Positions 63,005-64,000 of a stretch of DNA of 64,000 nucleotides are shown here, piece by piece. The DNA lies in the NCBI GenBank assembly GCA_965603825.1, contig CBFDEM010000038.1:434001-498000 (forward strand), given 5' to 3'. A program made the position numbers and the translations under genes. Source of the DNA: Blepharisma stoltei ATCC 30299 (Eukaryota; Protista; Ciliophora). Each line of letters starts with the position of its first letter. Position 1 is the first letter of the stretch. The notes under the pieces are model-generated. The model had not been told where the DNA came from, ran no database searches, and saw nothing but the letters and a program-made list of their open reading frames with translations.

Positions 63005-64000
63005 CTATGAAACTTCTAACTTCCAATTAATTTTTGTGGTTCTGGCTACCGGTGAAATGTCAGGGAATTTATGATTTTTATGAGTTTCTACGCCTGGCTC
63101 TCTGGAATGGATACTTACAGCGGAAAATCTTCTTTGTCTGAAGTTTTCGATGTTAGGGAAGTCTTTAAATGTGATTTTTTCTCTGCTTTTAGAAGAAACT
63201 AATGAAATCGTTGAGGATTTTAGGGTGTTAAAACGAAGCCATTTGTGTGTGAGGGCTTCTCGTGGGCTAGGCCTTTGAGACGGGTGGGATCTTGTCAGCT
63301 GCAGCACCATTTCTATAGCATTTTTTGAAATATTGCGCCAATAGGCATCATGGAATTGGATAAGGCAGTCAATGTTTTTTAAAAGGGTTTCTTTAGGGGT
63401 TTTGCCTCCAAAAGGAGCTTGGCCTGATAGAATCATATATAAAATAATCCCGAAACTAAATACGTCTACTTTCGGCCCATAAGGCAGTTTTCTTAAAATT
63501 TCAGGGGCTACGTATCCTGGAGATCCGCACTTTTTGGTTAATTCTTTATTTGCGAAGCAGGCAAGCCCGAAATCCGCAAGCTTGAAATCTATATCAGTAA
63601 GCTCTGACTCTAATAAAATATTTTCAAGCTTGATATCTCTATGAACAACGTTCATTGACTTAAGGTAATCCAAAATCCCCAAAAATTTTGCAGTAAATTT
63701 AGCTGCGCTTTCTTCATGTAAAGGACCACGCTTTAGTAGCCTATCTAGCATACTGCCTCCTTCCATATAATCTAAAACTAAATACACGTGATTTTTCCCT
63801 TCAAAAACTTTATGCAATTTTACTATCCCAGGATGGTCAAGAGTTCTCATGATTTCTATCTCATTGCATAAACCGTTCAAGCTGCTTGCACTCTGGAGGA
63901 GTATTTTTGGTATGCATTTAATTGCATAATTCTTTGAATCTTCTAAGTCTTTAGCTAAATATACATGTGAAAAGCTTCCTGAGCCTATTAATTTTTTGAA
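63005..64000 (-). CDS. CAMK-group Ser/Thr protein kinase (5' end outside the window)
   Basis: IGSGSFSHV, YAIK, NEIEIM, HRDIKLEN, DFG, CGSPGYVAPE, DVFSFG. The frame is open to the window edge; ends TAG. Confidence 0.93.
   Translation of the reverse strand, partial: FKKLIGSGSFSHVYLAKDLEDSKNYAIKCIPKILLQSASSLNGLCNEIEIMRTLDHPGIVKLHKVFEGKNHVYLVLDYMEGGSMLDRLLKRGPLHEESAAKFTAKFLGILDYLKSMNVVHRDIKLENILLESELTDIDFKLADFGLACFANKELTKKCGSPGYVAPEILRKLPYGPKVDVFSFGIILYMILSGQAPFGGKTPKETLLKNIDCLIQFHDAYWRNISKNAIEMVLQLTRSHPSQRPSPREALTHKWLRFNTLKSSTISLVSSKSREKITFKDFPNIENFRQRRFSAVSIHSREPGVETHKNHKFPDISPVARTTKINWKLEVS

Noticed and set aside
1-64000. Mycoplasma-like bacterial or mitochondrial origin (also UGA=Trp)
   Set aside because: Gene content is eukaryotic nuclear: Rab, importin-alpha-like, CNOT9, RalGAP-like, CAMK kinase.
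1-64000. tRNA, rRNA or spliceosomal snRNA genes
   Set aside because: No recognisable signatures seen by eye; a tRNAscan-SE/Infernal run would be needed to exclude them formally.

Overview
AT-rich, gene-dense eukaryotic nuclear DNA in which TGA is read as Trp and only TAA/TAG terminate. This fits the somatic (macronuclear) genome of a heterotrich ciliate such as Blepharisma; the taxon is inferred from the code and gene content. The supplied standard-code ORF track is therefore fragmented: the pieces join in frame across TGA into about 24 apparently intronless genes. The window is dominated by an expansion of type-II membrane DUF229 (alkaline-phosphatase-superfamily) genes: 11 intact copies, 1 frameshifted/truncated copy and 2 relics, in two clusters (12-18.5 kb and 30-61.5 kb). 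The array shows birth-and-death turnover, a ~4 kb segmental duplication with a LINE-like fragment at its junction, a gene-conversion tract, and hypervariable segments next to the predicted active site. Other genes: two paralogous basic Cys/His proteins of unknown function, a 1380-aa polycystin-like membrane protein, importin-alpha-like, RalGAP-alpha-like, a SAM methyltransferase, a Rab5/22-group GTPase, RPL37A, CNOT9/Rcd1, a tail-anchored pseudo-OTU-like protein and a CAMK-group kinase. There is also a decayed IPT/TIG (fibrocystin-L-like) pseudogene. All family assignments come from motif recognition by eye; no searches were run.
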